DNA of 63,777 nucleotides, the filler included, from Octopus bimaculoides (Eukaryota), in assembly GCF_001194135.2 (NCBI RefSeq). It is 8 parts of 8 records of this genome, joined end to end, with 100 filler letters (N's around TTAATTAATTAA, not from the genome) between each part and the next. Parts side by side here need not be neighbours in the genome. Positions count along the whole stretch, not along the records: positions 17,826 to 42,347 come from NC_068998.1; positions 42,448 to 45,001 come from NW_026353997.1; positions 45,102 to 47,812 come from NW_026411578.1; positions 47,913 to 55,668 come from NW_026318480.1; 4 more parts are not named here. One strand, written 5' to 3'. The first letter of the stretch is position 1, and each line of letters begins with the position of its first letter. This document shows, in pieces, positions 39,462 through 50,769 of the stretch. The notes beneath the pieces are model-generated. The model worked only from the letters and a program-made list of their open reading frames with translations. It did no database searches and was not told where the DNA came from. A program made the position numbers and the translations under genes.

Positions 39462-39465
<4 letters not shown>
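39246..39465. repeat. Fold-back inverted repeat (about 87-bp arms) abutting (TA)n
   Basis: ggcaagaagaaaatggag...ttttaaacagtt versus aactgtttaaaa...ctccattttcttcttgcc. Confidence 0.9.
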
Positions 39466-39507
<42 letters not shown>

Positions 39508-40417
39508 ATACATATATTCTTTGAGTTTTATTTAAATTCTTCTTGAGAAAGTTTGAGCCGATCGTTCACAAAAACGGCAAAACTCTTTGAGTTAAGAGAA
39601 TTCCCGGTGTTTCTAAATATGTGGTTCAGTTGGTGTGTTTGGTTGAACTGTTGATGCGTATACCCAAGTGTGTGCATCTATTCACAGAAGAATCTCAGAT
39701 GGAGAATTACTTTTAGAATGTCTTACAAATCTTCATTGTGCCACTAACAGTTTGGATTTGGTGAATCCGCGTCAGCTTTTTGTGCTCTTTCTTCGTGAAA
39801 CCAAGTATTTCTGTGCTTTTGTGCAAATTTGTTACTACATAATCTAATACACCTATTATACATGCATATCATGGCATCGAATACAAACACGCTGGCGTAG
39901 ACGATTATTCATTCTCCCGGTCAGTGAATAGTATCCCCTATAATTTTTGCCATTTTGCAATCCTAGATAAAGAAATTGTTAACTTTTTTTTTAGTAAATG
40001 CAAAGAAACATCCTTTTTTTTTTAAACAAAAAACAATCGTAGCAATAATCAAGTAGTGAAATATATACTATATATACACAATGGTGACGAAAGAACCCAG
40101 AGTCAACTATCGCAGATTGGAGAATTATGTAGATATACACAGACATATATGTATGTGTGTGTATATATATACTTGGAAATGGATGCGTGGCGCTCAATTA
40201 AATTAATAATATAAATAATATATATATATATATATATATATAAAGAATAATAATAAATAGAGCAAAAACGCGTATGATCAATAGGTTCGTTTAATTCTTA
40301 CATATCTTTCAAAATTTATGTGCACTCTACTCCAAAGAAGTAAGAGGTGGTGGAAATGCACATAAATTCATCGTCAGGGAACCAACTTACAAAAGCAAGA
40401 CATATATATATATATAT

Positions 40418-40544
40418 ATGGATCAAAACAGCTTAATTCAAATTCGTTGGTAGTCCAGGTTTCAAGCGTGAAAATGGCTGAAGACTAGCATCGCGCTTGA
40501 AACTCGGAGTACCAGCGAATTTGGATCAAACTGTTTTGATACAT
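40418..40544. repeat. Fold-back inverted repeat (about 51-bp arms) after (TA)n, containing a hammerhead
   Basis: Arms 40418-40468 and 40494-40544. Confidence 0.9.
40475..40514 (+). ncRNA. Type-I hammerhead ribozyme motif
   Basis: TGG-CTGAAGA-C-TAGC-ATCGC-GCTT-GAAA-CT-CGG-AGT-A^CCA: stem I TGG/CCA, stem II AGC/GCT (T.T mismatch at its base), helix III ACT/AGT, GUA triplet. Confidence 0.7.
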
Positions 40545-41673
40545 ACGTGTAACTCCCAATAAGTTTGTTGAGTGCCCTTCTTTCGTTTGTCCACTCACTC
40601 GTTTGAAGACAAATAGTTATGCATCAATGAGTTTATAAGCTGTGAGTATGGTTTGTGTAAGGGCGAACGCGTGGTTTTAAAACTTAATGTTAAAATCGTT
40701 TGGGCAAATCTGTTGGTATCTTTTCCACATTGTACAGCTGTACGAATAATGACGCTCAGAATGGCGTTGGAGGGAATAAAGTCTGAGTGTCTTAACTCGG
40801 TCTCAGTAATCAAGACCAGTCATGTCATTTGTTTCAGAACCAAGTTCGTGAGATGGTTGTGATCTGTAAACAATTTTGAGTAGGAACCGTGAAAAGAAGA
40901 ATGAACGCGCAGAGCGCATGTGCACACTAAATTCGTGAAACGGAAGAGAAGACTAAAAACGCAGTCTCAAACAAGTTATATGATGGTCTGCATACCACAT
41001 CTGATACCACCATCATGCAACTTTGCTGCAATTTTCTCGTTTTTAATACGTATTTATGTATTTGCATAGCTCTCTGATGGGTCCTCAATTCTCAGATTTA
41101 TTTAAGTAGTTCGTATTTTTGTTGTTGTACATGTTTCATGACGTCCTGTGCCCCATATATGCATATATATATATATATATATACGTATAGATGTAAGTAT
41201 GTACATATACGTATGTATATATGCATATATATATATATATATATATATANNNNNNNNNNNNNNNNNNNNNNNNNNNNNNNNNNNNNNNNNNNNNNNNNNN
41301 NNNNNNNNNNNNNNNNNNNNNNNNNNNNNNNNNNNNNNNNNNNNNNNNNNNNNNNNNNNNNNNNNNNNNNNNNNNNNNNNNNNNNNNNNNNNNNNNNNNN
41401 NNNNNNNNNNNNNNNNNNNNNNNNNNNNNNNNNNNNNNNNNNNNNNNNNNNNNNNNNNNNNNNNNNNNNNNNNNNNNNNNNNNNNNNNNNNNNNNNNNNN
41501 NNNNNNNNNNNNNNNNNNNNNNNNNNNNNNNNNNNNNNNNNNNNNNNNNNNNNNNNNNNNNNNNNNNNNNNNNNNNNNNNNNNNNNNNNNNNNNNNNNNN
41601 NNNNNNNNNNNNNNNNNNNNNNNNNNNNNNNNNNNNNNNNNNNNNNNNNNNNNNNNNNNNNNNNNNNNNNNNN

Positions 41674-41712
<39 letters not shown>

Positions 41713-41734
41713 TGTTCGTAGGCGGAAGAAAGTT

Positions 41735-41784
41735 GGGGTTGAACATGTATGTTTCAACCCTATTAAGATTTCGTCAGCAAACTC
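41735..41784 (-). ncRNA. Type-I hammerhead ribozyme motif (minus strand)
   Basis: Minus strand GAGTTTG-CTGACGA-AATCTT-AAT-AGGGTT-GAAA-CATACATGT-T^CAACCCC: 6-bp stem II with wobbles, helix III ACA(T)/(A)TGT, stem I TTG/CAA, GUU triplet. Confidence 0.7.
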
Positions 41785-41989
41785 TGCGCCCTCTTTGACT
41801 CCCTACATGCACACACCTTCTAAACCCGATAATATTAAAGGTTACAGTAAAGTGGATGTTTGAATTTGCATATTTAACGCTTTCTTGGGCACCCAGTTGC
41901 AATATTAATATAAGGGTGAGATCGGTATTTCGTTTCACACAGGCACTCACACACATGCATGGATACATACACACACACAAACATAGACG

Positions 41990-42038
<49 letters not shown>

Positions 42039-42307
42039 GTAGGTAGGTAGGTAGGTAGGTAGGTAGGTAGGAAATAGAAACGAGTAAGATAGCGATTTAT
42101 AATTTGATAGGAATAAATAATAAATACTACAGCACAGATAACGAATTTACAAAACATACATATGCATGTGTTCCGGCGAGTATATGTGGTTGTAAATAAG
42201 TGTGCATGTGCGTGTGTATAGATGTATATATACGTGTATATGTGTGCGTGTATGTGTATGTATCTGTGTTTATGCACGCGCGTAAGAAATGACTTCTATT
42301 TAACACT

Positions 42308-42347
<40 letters not shown>

Positions 42348-42558
42348 NNNNNNNNNNNNNNNNNNNNNNNNNNNNNNNNNNNNNNNNNNNNTTAATTAAT
42401 TAANNNNNNNNNNNNNNNNNNNNNNNNNNNNNNNNNNNNNNNNNNNNGTGGAAAACTCATTGTTTTCAGTTATTATAGGGGTATTTCACACACTTCTTCA
42501 GTCCCTAGTGACAAGATATTGTTGTTGTTGCTGTTAATTAGAATAAAATACATTTTGA

Positions 42559-42604
<46 letters not shown>

Positions 42605-42659
42605 TTGCGACTAAGTGTAGCAAGGTAGCCTAAAAGCACTACAAAAAGAGGCACAATAA

Positions 42660-42760
42660 CGTTTCAGTCATTTGACTGCGGCCATGCTGGAGCACCACCT
42701 TTAGTCAAGCAAATCGACCCCAGGACTTATTCTTTGTAAGCCAAGTACTTATTCTATCGG
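42660..42760 (-). mobile_element. SINE family B 3' fragment
   Basis: tttcagtcatttgactgcggccatgctggagcaccacctttagtcaagcaaatcgacccc. Confidence 0.85.
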
Positions 42761-43523
42761 TGTTATTAGAAGTAGGAAGATCAGGCTTGTGTAGGATGAA
42801 AGATTGCAAAGATAAAGCACTATACAAGGAATTAAAAACGAATGAAAGTGAAAATAGGTGGGTAAAGAAAAGAATGCATGGTCAATTTCATAGGGATGTT
42901 GCAGATAAGACGGACAGAGAAAAAAAGATGGCTGTGGATAACTAAAAGTGATTTAAAACTGGAAACGGAGGCTCTAATCTGTGCTGCCTAAGATCAAGCA
43001 TTAAGAACAAACTACAGAAAATACAGAAAAGGCAACACAACAGAAAGTGATAAGTGCAGAATCTGTGGACAAAACGGTGAAACCGTATGGTATATTACCA
43101 GCCAATGTGCGCCACTAGTCTAGAAGGAATATAAGAGACGCCACGACAATATAGCCAGGCTTGTCCATTGGACACTTTGCAACAAGTATGGACTTGACAG
43201 AGCAAAAAAAAAAAAAGTATGGACTTGACGAACTTGCAACAGGTATGGATTTGACGACCACAAACCTGAAGTCATCGTCGAAAATAGAAATGCAAAGATC
43301 TTATGGGATTTTATGATTCAGTGCGACCATGAGATAGAGAATAGGAAGCCGGACATAGTCTTAATTGAGAGAGAAAACAAACTATGCTGGATCATAGATA
43401 TAGCATGCCAAGCTGACAACAAGGTATGCGATAAGGAAGAAAGAAAAGTCGAGAGGTATAATGTGCTTTGTATATTTTACCCCAGTGTCACTTTGATGGC
43501 ATGCACTGCTCTCTCACTCAATA
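42760..43523 (+). mobile_element. R4/Dong-clade (RLE) LINE, decayed 3' part
   Basis: MHGQFHRD; KSDLKLETEALICAA*DQALRTNY; KCRICGQNGETVWYITSQC; KRRHDNIARLVHW; KILWDFMIQCDHEIENRKPDIVLIERENKLCWIIDIAC (RLE PD..D), then a terminus matching 1256-1310. Confidence 0.9.
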
Positions 43524-43920
43524 TCGTTGGCAGTCTGTTATCTCTATTCTAGCTTTTGGTGGTCTAGAAGAGGTTAAAAGGGTCAAGTGGCAAAGACATT
43601 ATTCTGCTTAGAGAAGGCATCTGGCAAATGTTAACTGCTGTCACTTACAGAAAAACTATTGTTTTACAGTGAGAAAAGTGGTGTTGAACTTTTAAGTGAA
43701 ATTTGGCGATCGAGGATCGAATCCACGTTATGCCTGCATAGCGAAGGAATTATCAATCCGGGCAAAATACTTCGCAAGCTCTCTGCTGGTACACCAAGCT
43801 ATTGTTTAGGTTAGTGAAGAACTCCAAATATTGATAGGGTCCGAAATTGTGGTTCACCACAATTCTATATTGTAAACCTGTTGTTGGGCTCCAGTTAAAC
43901 TGCTTTTTACACAAAGTGAT

Positions 43921-44249
43921 ATACAAGACAAGATATAAATAATTATCATTATATATTTCCCCTCGATCAGAATAAATTTGCCTTACAGCTGTTTCCTGTA
44001 GTCATTATAGGTACGTTACTGTTAGTAGGTTTACCCAACTGGTCAATTGATCAGTTGAGAAAAATTGAAGAACCTAAGAAAATTAATGTTACTTTCGTCA
44101 GAGCAATTTCTGGTTAACCAGCTATATAGACCGATTGATTAAATCTATCAGCGATGAGCTTATAACGACTACTGGAAACAACTGTAAGCCAAATTTACTC
44201 AAATAAAGGAAAACGATGTAATGACCATTATTTATACCTTGTCTCATAT
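43921..44249. repeat. Diverged fold-back element (about 90-bp arms) with hammerhead 3' halves on both arms
   Basis: Left arm on the minus strand has GAAA-CAGCTGT-A (palindrome ACAGCTGT, 43984-95); right arm has CGATGAG...GAAA-CAACTGT-A (44152-86). Confidence 0.75.
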
Positions 44250-44825
44250 AGATGTAACGGTGTCATCACGTCGGGGTCACCAAATGTAACCGTTACAATT
44301 GGTAACCCCGCTGTAAGACAGTTACATTTGCTACACACGCACACACATACATACATACATACATACATACAAGTATGTGTGTGTGTGCGCACGTCCTAAA
44401 AGTAAATAGACGTCTCTCATTATAACGTTTCGTCCGTGTGGACGACAACCTGACGTCGCTTCAAATTTAGCAATATACAATGGACAAGGCTTGGTTACAA
44501 AATGCTAGATTAAGTATTTAAATGCATCAAATGACGTACATTTGCATCTATATATTAGAAACATATACACATAAATTCCCTTATGCACACACTCGCGCGC
44601 GCAGACGACGCACCCATATTTGTCTCCAGTTGCGTTTGCAAATGCGTGATTCATTGGGCGTATGTTCATGTCTAGAAAGGTGTGTATGTGTGTATGTGTG
44701 CGTGAATAATGGCTTATCTGATTCAAAGGTAGTGGTGGAGCGGTCTTAGATACATTAAACAAAGTAGTTATGTGAAGAGTTAACAATAAAAAGAGATGCG
44801 ATCGCTGCAATAGATCCGATCGAAA

Positions 44826-44898
44826 TTCATATAGGTCTGACGAGACGTGTGTGAAGATAAGCGCTTTATGGACGTGAAACGCTGGGTAACTATATGAA
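44826..44898 (+). ncRNA. Type-I hammerhead ribozyme motif, family H1, long stem I and extended stem II
   Basis: TTCATATAGGT-CTGACGA-G-ACGT..TGTGAAG-ATAAGCG-CTTTATG..ACGT-GAAA-C-GCTGG-GTA^ACTATATGAA; 10-bp stem I with one bulged G. Confidence 0.85.
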
Positions 44899-45184
44899 CC
44901 GGCAATAACTAGCGTTCTCTAAATCCGCTACTGCTCTATAACTTAAAGTGAGCTTCTCTTTCGGATTTATGATTTACTGACGATATATATATATATATAT
45001 ANNNNNNNNNNNNNNNNNNNNNNNNNNNNNNNNNNNNNNNNNNNNTTAATTAATTAANNNNNNNNNNNNNNNNNNNNNNNNNNNNNNNNNNNNNNNNNNN
45101 NTAGTTTATTAAAATTGATATTGATAAATCTCACGAGAATGACTGTACTTAGCACTAGAGACACTCACATATATATACATATAT

Positions 45185-45675
45185 ATACATCTGACTTGTA
45201 TGTATGTATGTATGTATGTATGTATGTATGTATGTATGTATGTATGTATGTATGTATGTCTGTATGTATGTATGTATGTATGTGCGTGTATGTATGTATG
45301 TATGTGTGTGTATGTATGTGCGTATGTATGTGTGTGTATGCATGTACGTATGCATGTATGTATGTATGTACATACGTTCGTATGTATGTATGTATGTACG
45401 TATGTATGTACTATGTATGTGTATATGCATGTATGTATGTATATGTGTGTATGTATGTACGTATGTATGTGTGTACGTACGTATGTATGTATGTGGTACG
45501 TACGTACGTTCGTATGTATGTACGTGTATGTATGTATATATGTACTATGTATATATGTATGTATGTGTGTGTGTGTATGTATGTAAGTATGTATGTATGT
45601 ATGTATGTATGTATCTATGTATGTATGTATGTGTGTATGTATGTATGTATGTATGCATGTATGTATGTATATGTA
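45185..45675. repeat. (TATG)n compound microsatellite, about 490 bp
   Basis: Direct inspection; source of the MYVC/HTYI ORFs. Confidence 0.95.
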
Positions 45676-45740
45676 TGCAACGACACACGTGCTTTTCTGG
45701 GACTGTTCTTTTCTTTCTCCCCGAACCTTTTCTCTTTCCT

Positions 45741-45775
45741 CTTTCTGACGATGAGCCACGCTCGAAACGTCACAT
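45741..45775 (+). ncRNA. Minimal type-I hammerhead motif (core intact, stem I eroded)
   Basis: CTTT-CTGACGA-T-GAGC-CAC-GCTC-GAAA-CGT-C^ACAT; same family as 26346 and 37399. Confidence 0.7.
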
Positions 45776-45871
45776 CCGCCTCGTTTCCCCATCTTAAACG
45801 CAGCGTTATTTATACTTTCGTTTCTTTTGTTTTTATTTTTGATTTGCTTCTATATTCTTTTATTCTTTTAC

Positions 45872-46080
45872 TTGTTTCAGTCATTTGACTGCGGCCACTC
45901 TGGAGCACCGCCTTGAAGGCTTTTAGTCTAACAAATTGATCCCAGGCCTTATTCTTTGTAAGCCTAGTATTTGTTGTATCGGTCTCTTTTGCGGAAGCGC
46001 TAAGTTACGGGGAGGTAAACACACTAACACCGGTTGTTAAGTGACGATGGGGGACCAGCACCGGCGTAATGACATACACA
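45872..46080 (-). mobile_element. SINE family B 3' half
   Basis: tttcagtcatttgactgcggccactctggagcaccgcc...gctaagttacgggg. Confidence 0.85.
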
Positions 46081-46128
46081 TACAGATACACACACACACA
46101 TACACACATATACATACATCTATATATG

Positions 46129-47220
46129 TTCGGTTGTCCGGAAAGTTCTGACCGTTTTTAAGCTAAATCTTTTNNNNNNNNNNNNNNNNNNNNNNNNNNN
46201 NNNNNNNNNNNNNNNNNNNNNNNNNNNNNNNNNNNNNNNNNNNNNNNNNNNNNNNNNNNNNNNNNNNNNNNNNNNNNNNNNNNNNNNNNNNNNNNNNNNN
46301 NNNNNNNNNNNNNNNNNNNNNNNNNNNNNNNNNNNNNNNNNNNNNNNNNNNNNNNNNNNNNNNNNNNNNNNNNNNNNNNNNNNNNNNNNNNNNNNNNNNN
46401 NNNNNNNNNNNNNNNNNNNNNNNNNNNNNNNNNNNNNNNNNNNNNNNNNNNNNNNNNNGATGCTATAGGTGAATCAACTGTTCGAAGGTGGTTTGCAAAA
46501 TTTAAAGCTGGAGAGTTTAGCTTGGAAGATGACATTTGCGGCGAAAGACCTTCGAAATTGGATGAAGATGTTTGGAAGGCAAAAATTGAGGCAAGCTTAA
46601 ATATCACGACTAGAGAACTTGCGGAGGAGTTGGAAGTTTCTAAAAGTACGGCTCATGAACCCCTAGTGAATCTAGGATACATCTCTTGCTATAATGTATG
46701 GGTCCCTCACAAACTTTCAGAAAAGAATTGCTTGGACCGGTATTCCATTTGTGATATGCTTTTCAAATGCAATGAAAGCATACCTTTTTTGAAACAACTT
46801 GTGACTGGAGATGAAAAATAGTTTGTGTACGAAAGCATAGAGCGAAAAAGATCCTGAAGTTTGGGCAAAAATCCCTTAAAACAACAGCGAAAGACGAATA
46901 TCTATGCCAAAAAAGCTATGTTTTGTGTTTGGTGGGATCATAAAGGCATTATTTATTATGAGCTTCTCCCACAAAATCAGACCATTAATTCTGGTGTGTA
47001 CTGTCGTCAGCTGGTTAATTTGAACCAAAAATCAAAGAATTGAGGCCGGAGATTGCTAACAGGAAAGGGATAGTGTTCCAGGATGACAATGCCCGACCAC
47101 ATGTGTCTTTGTCTACACGAACAAAGTTACACGAACTTGGGAGAGATCTCATACCCCATCCATCATATTCTCCTGATATTGAACCATCTGACTACTACTT
47201 GTTTTTGTCTCTACAATGAT
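46129..47220 (+). mobile_element. Mariner (DD34D) transposon, decayed transposase
   Basis: Left TIR ttcggttgtccggaaagttc; WFAKFKAGEFSLEDD, WVPHKL, LVTGDEK, VWWDHKGIIYYELL, FQDDNARPH, YSPDIEPSDYYLFLSLQ; stops and frameshift. Confidence 0.95.
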
Positions 47221-47239
47221 GAGAATACAGCAGAAGACC

Positions 47240-47330
47240 CTTGACTTAGATACCACGCAGTGGGACTGAACCCGGAACCAAGTGATTGGGAAACAAGCCT
47301 CTTACCACACAACCATTCCTGCGCCAGCGT
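47240..47330 (-). mobile_element. SINE family B head
   Basis: ccacgcagtgggactgaacccggaacc...cttaccacacaaccattcctgcgcc. Confidence 0.8.
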
Positions 47331-47974
47331 ATGTCTTACTTAACACGAATATGTTTATAAGAAAGTCACAACATTGTCGTATTCATCTCCCGAGAGGGCA
47401 TCTGGTATTGTTGTATAGTGTTAAAAAGCACAGAAACATGTCAGCAGCAGACGAAAAGTGGCCAGCTGTCGTGGTGGAGTTGCTGGTTCAAGTCATTGCT
47501 GTGTATTTGCACCTAGGCTCAAATGTCAGTAGTTCGCGCCTCCCATTCTGCACCCCCTGCCCCAATTGTCAGGATGGTCATGGTTAGAATACCTTCTATC
47601 CTACGGCCTGCTGAATGAAGGTTGACCTGCGATTCGACAATGCCAACAACAACAACAACAACAGCCACAGTCGCAAGCATTACTATTTGTGCGCTACGTC
47701 GAACAAAATTGCATTATCAGATCGCAAGCGCTTTTGGATGTGGGCGCACTAAAACCACCACCACCACCACCAATCTACCAGCACCGCCACCACCACACCA
47801 CCACCACCATCANNNNNNNNNNNNNNNNNNNNNNNNNNNNNNNNNNNNNNNNNNNNTTAATTAATTAANNNNNNNNNNNNNNNNNNNNNNNNNNNNNNNN
47901 NNNNNNNNNNNNGGGGGAAAGAGTGAGAGGATGAGGAGTCAGGAGAGGCAGCTGGTTGACTAGGATAAAGAGAA

Positions 47975-48420
47975 CGGGGGAGGTGTGTGTGTGTGTGTGT
48001 ATGTGTAGGAGTGTGTGTGAATGTGTGTGTGTGTGTGTGTTAGTGTGTATGTGTGAATGGGTGTGTGTGAGTGTGTGTGTGAGTGTATGTGTATGTGTGT
48101 GTGTATGAGTGTGTATGTATGAGTGTGTGTATGAGTGTGTGTATGTGTGTGTATGTGTGTGTGTATGAGTGTGTGTATGTGTAGGTGTGTGTGTGTATAT
48201 GTATATATACGTACATATATATATGTATGTGTGTATGTTTGTGTATATGTGTATGCGTGTTTCTATGTATACACACATGTGTGTGTATGTGCGTGTGCTT
48301 TTCTACATATGTGTGTGTTTTTCTATGTATGTATGTATATTTACATGTGTGTGTGTGTATGTTTTTGTATGTATGCATACGTGCATTTATATGTGCGTGT
48401 GTATGTGTGTGTGTGTGAGC
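47975..48420. repeat. Compound (GT)/(TATG) microsatellite
   Basis: Direct inspection. Confidence 0.9.
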
Positions 48421-49656
48421 GATGGTAGTGGTATTCNNNNNNNNNNNNNNNNNNNNNNNNNNNNNNNNNNNNNNNNNNNNNNNNNNNNNNNNNNNNNNNN
48501 NNNNNNNNNNNNNNNNNNNNNNNNNNNNNNNNNNNNNNNNNNNNNNNNNNNNNNNNNNNNNNNNNNNNNNNNNNNNNNNNNNNNNNNNNNNNNNNNNNNN
48601 NNNNNNNNNNNNNNNNNNNNNNNNNNNNNNNNNNNNNNNNNNNNNNNNNNNNNNNNNNNNNNNNNNNNNNNNNNNNNNNNNNNNNNNNNNNNNNNNNNNN
48701 NNNNNNNNNNNNNNNNNNNNNNNNNNNNNNNNNNNNNNNNNNNNNNNNNNNNNNNNNNNNNNNNNNNNNNNNNNNNNNNNNNNNNNNNNNNNNNNNNNNN
48801 NNNNNNNNNNNNNNNNNNNNNNNNNNNNNNNNNNNNNNNNNNNNNNNNNNNNNNNNNNNNNNNNNNNNNNNNNNNNNNNNNNNNNNNNNNNNNNNNNNNN
48901 NNNNNNNNNNNNNNNNNNNNNNNNNNNNNNNNNNNNNNNNNNNNNNNNNNNNNNNNNNNNNNNNTATATATATATACACATGTATTTAATACCCATGTAC
49001 GTGTATGTATGAATGCATGTATGTATGTTTGCGCTAGTGGTGTGTGTATATGTGTTGGTGTTAGTGGGGGGGGGGCATAAGCAGTCGTGGTGAGGTGGTG
49101 GCGTTGGTGTGTGTTTGTGCATATGTGTATGTGTGTATGTGTGGTGCTTTTGTGTGCGTAGCGGTGTTAGTTGTTTGTGGTGGTGTCGTGGCTGTGATGA
49201 TGTAACGGTAATGGTTTGTGGTACTATGGTGGTGGTGGTGGTGGTGGTGGTTGTGGTGGTGGTAGTTGTGGTGGTTGTAGTGGTGGCGGTGGTGTAGGAG
49301 TTGGTGATGGTAGTGGTTGTGATTGTGTTAGTGGTGGTGGTGATGGTGATGGTGGTGGTGGTAGTTGTGGCAATAGTTGTGGTAGTGTAAGTGGTGGTGG
49401 TAGTATAAGTGGTGGTGGTAATGGAGAGGTAATAAGGACAGCTGTTATGTCGGATGGTGGGTGTTGTTGAATAAAAAAGAAAAAAACAAAGAGAAAACTC
49501 ACAGGAAAAATCAAATACGATGTATTGAACTTCGAATTAACAAAATCGATATTAAATAAGTTTCAGTTATCTAAAGTATTGATTTCTACGAGGAAACCTT
49601 GGCATCCTGCTTTCTGTAGTTAATAGAGTGATGGTTTAGTTCATCAGAGAGGAGGA

Positions 49657-50501
49657 TGAGGCCACATCACCTCGCCCAGGTTGACTTAGGCCATCTGCCA
49701 GGACCCTTCGCTTTGTTAAGAGAAGTGTCGAGGATAATGCACGTTGCAACGTGCCTGACACAGCAAAACAATTTGATGTCAGTCTCAAAACAGCTGTTAG
49801 GTATCTCCACAGACTTGGCTACTATAGCAGAGCTGCAAGAAGGAAACAACATCTTCGACCAGCCAAGCGGAGAATAGATTAGGCCAGTGAGACGGTGGAG
49901 AAGCCACTAGCATTTTGGGACACAGTCATGTTCTCTGATGAGTTCAGATTTGCTGTATTTCCAGACAATGGTCAAGTGTGAGTCTGGAGACTCTGTGATC
50001 AAGAATTTGACGTGAAAAAATAAATTGCAGCCAGCATGAAACACAGTAGCTATTCTGTGATGGTCTGAGGAGCAATTTGGAGCAATGGTTGATCAGAGCT
50101 GGTGGAGTGTGAGGGAAACATAAACTCAGATAAATATGTGATCATAATGCAGAGAGGACTCCTTCCAATCTTCTCTAGTTGTGATCTTTATTTATAGAAG
50201 ATGGGGCTCCTTGTCACTCGGCTAAAAAAGACTCGAGATTGGTTGGAAGAGAATGGCATTAAAAAGCTTCCATGGTCAAGCCAGTCACCAGATATGAACC
50301 CTATTGAACACCTCTTGGACATAATGGACAGGGCACTTCATAAAAAGAACAAGAAAGCATTCCCAAAGTCAGATCTTTTGAGATTACTGCATGAAACTTG
50401 GCAAAGAAATTCCTCAAGAGAATATTCGTCATCTGATCAGTAGCATGCCTAATAGGGTCCATGCATTGAAAAATGCAAAGGGTATGTCTAATAAATTTTA
50501 G
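49657..50501 (+). mobile_element. Tc1-like (DD34E) transposase pseudogene
   Basis: WDTVMFSDE; EDGAPCHSAKKTRDWLEENGIKKLPWSSQSPDMNPIEHL; LISSMPNRVHALKNAKGMSNKF*; several stops and frameshifts. Confidence 0.9.
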
Positions 50502-50769
50502 ATATTCACATTATAATAATTGATAAATAATTTGAATGTATAATTTCAGATTTAAATAAATTTTAACGATTTACTGTCTATTTACTTCTGTCATGCCCAT
50601 GTGTATTGTTTTTGCGACAATGTCATGTCGCAAAGCGGGGTAATTAATTACCTTGATGACATTTTTGGGCAGCTGCTAACCACGTGTGATGTCTTACACA
50701 GAAATATGACATAATCTACACTTACAGTCGCCCTTGGAACTCCAAGGGCTTCATTGTCTCTTTTGTTAA

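Noticed and set aside
39500-39960. Coding-looking minus-strand fragments
   Set aside because: Multiple stops and no motif I could assign with confidence
40825-40865. tttcag-A-ACCAAGTTCGTGAGATGGTTG (TKFVRWL) as SLC22 exon 5
   Set aside because: Stop codon immediately after, no further similarity, different scaffold
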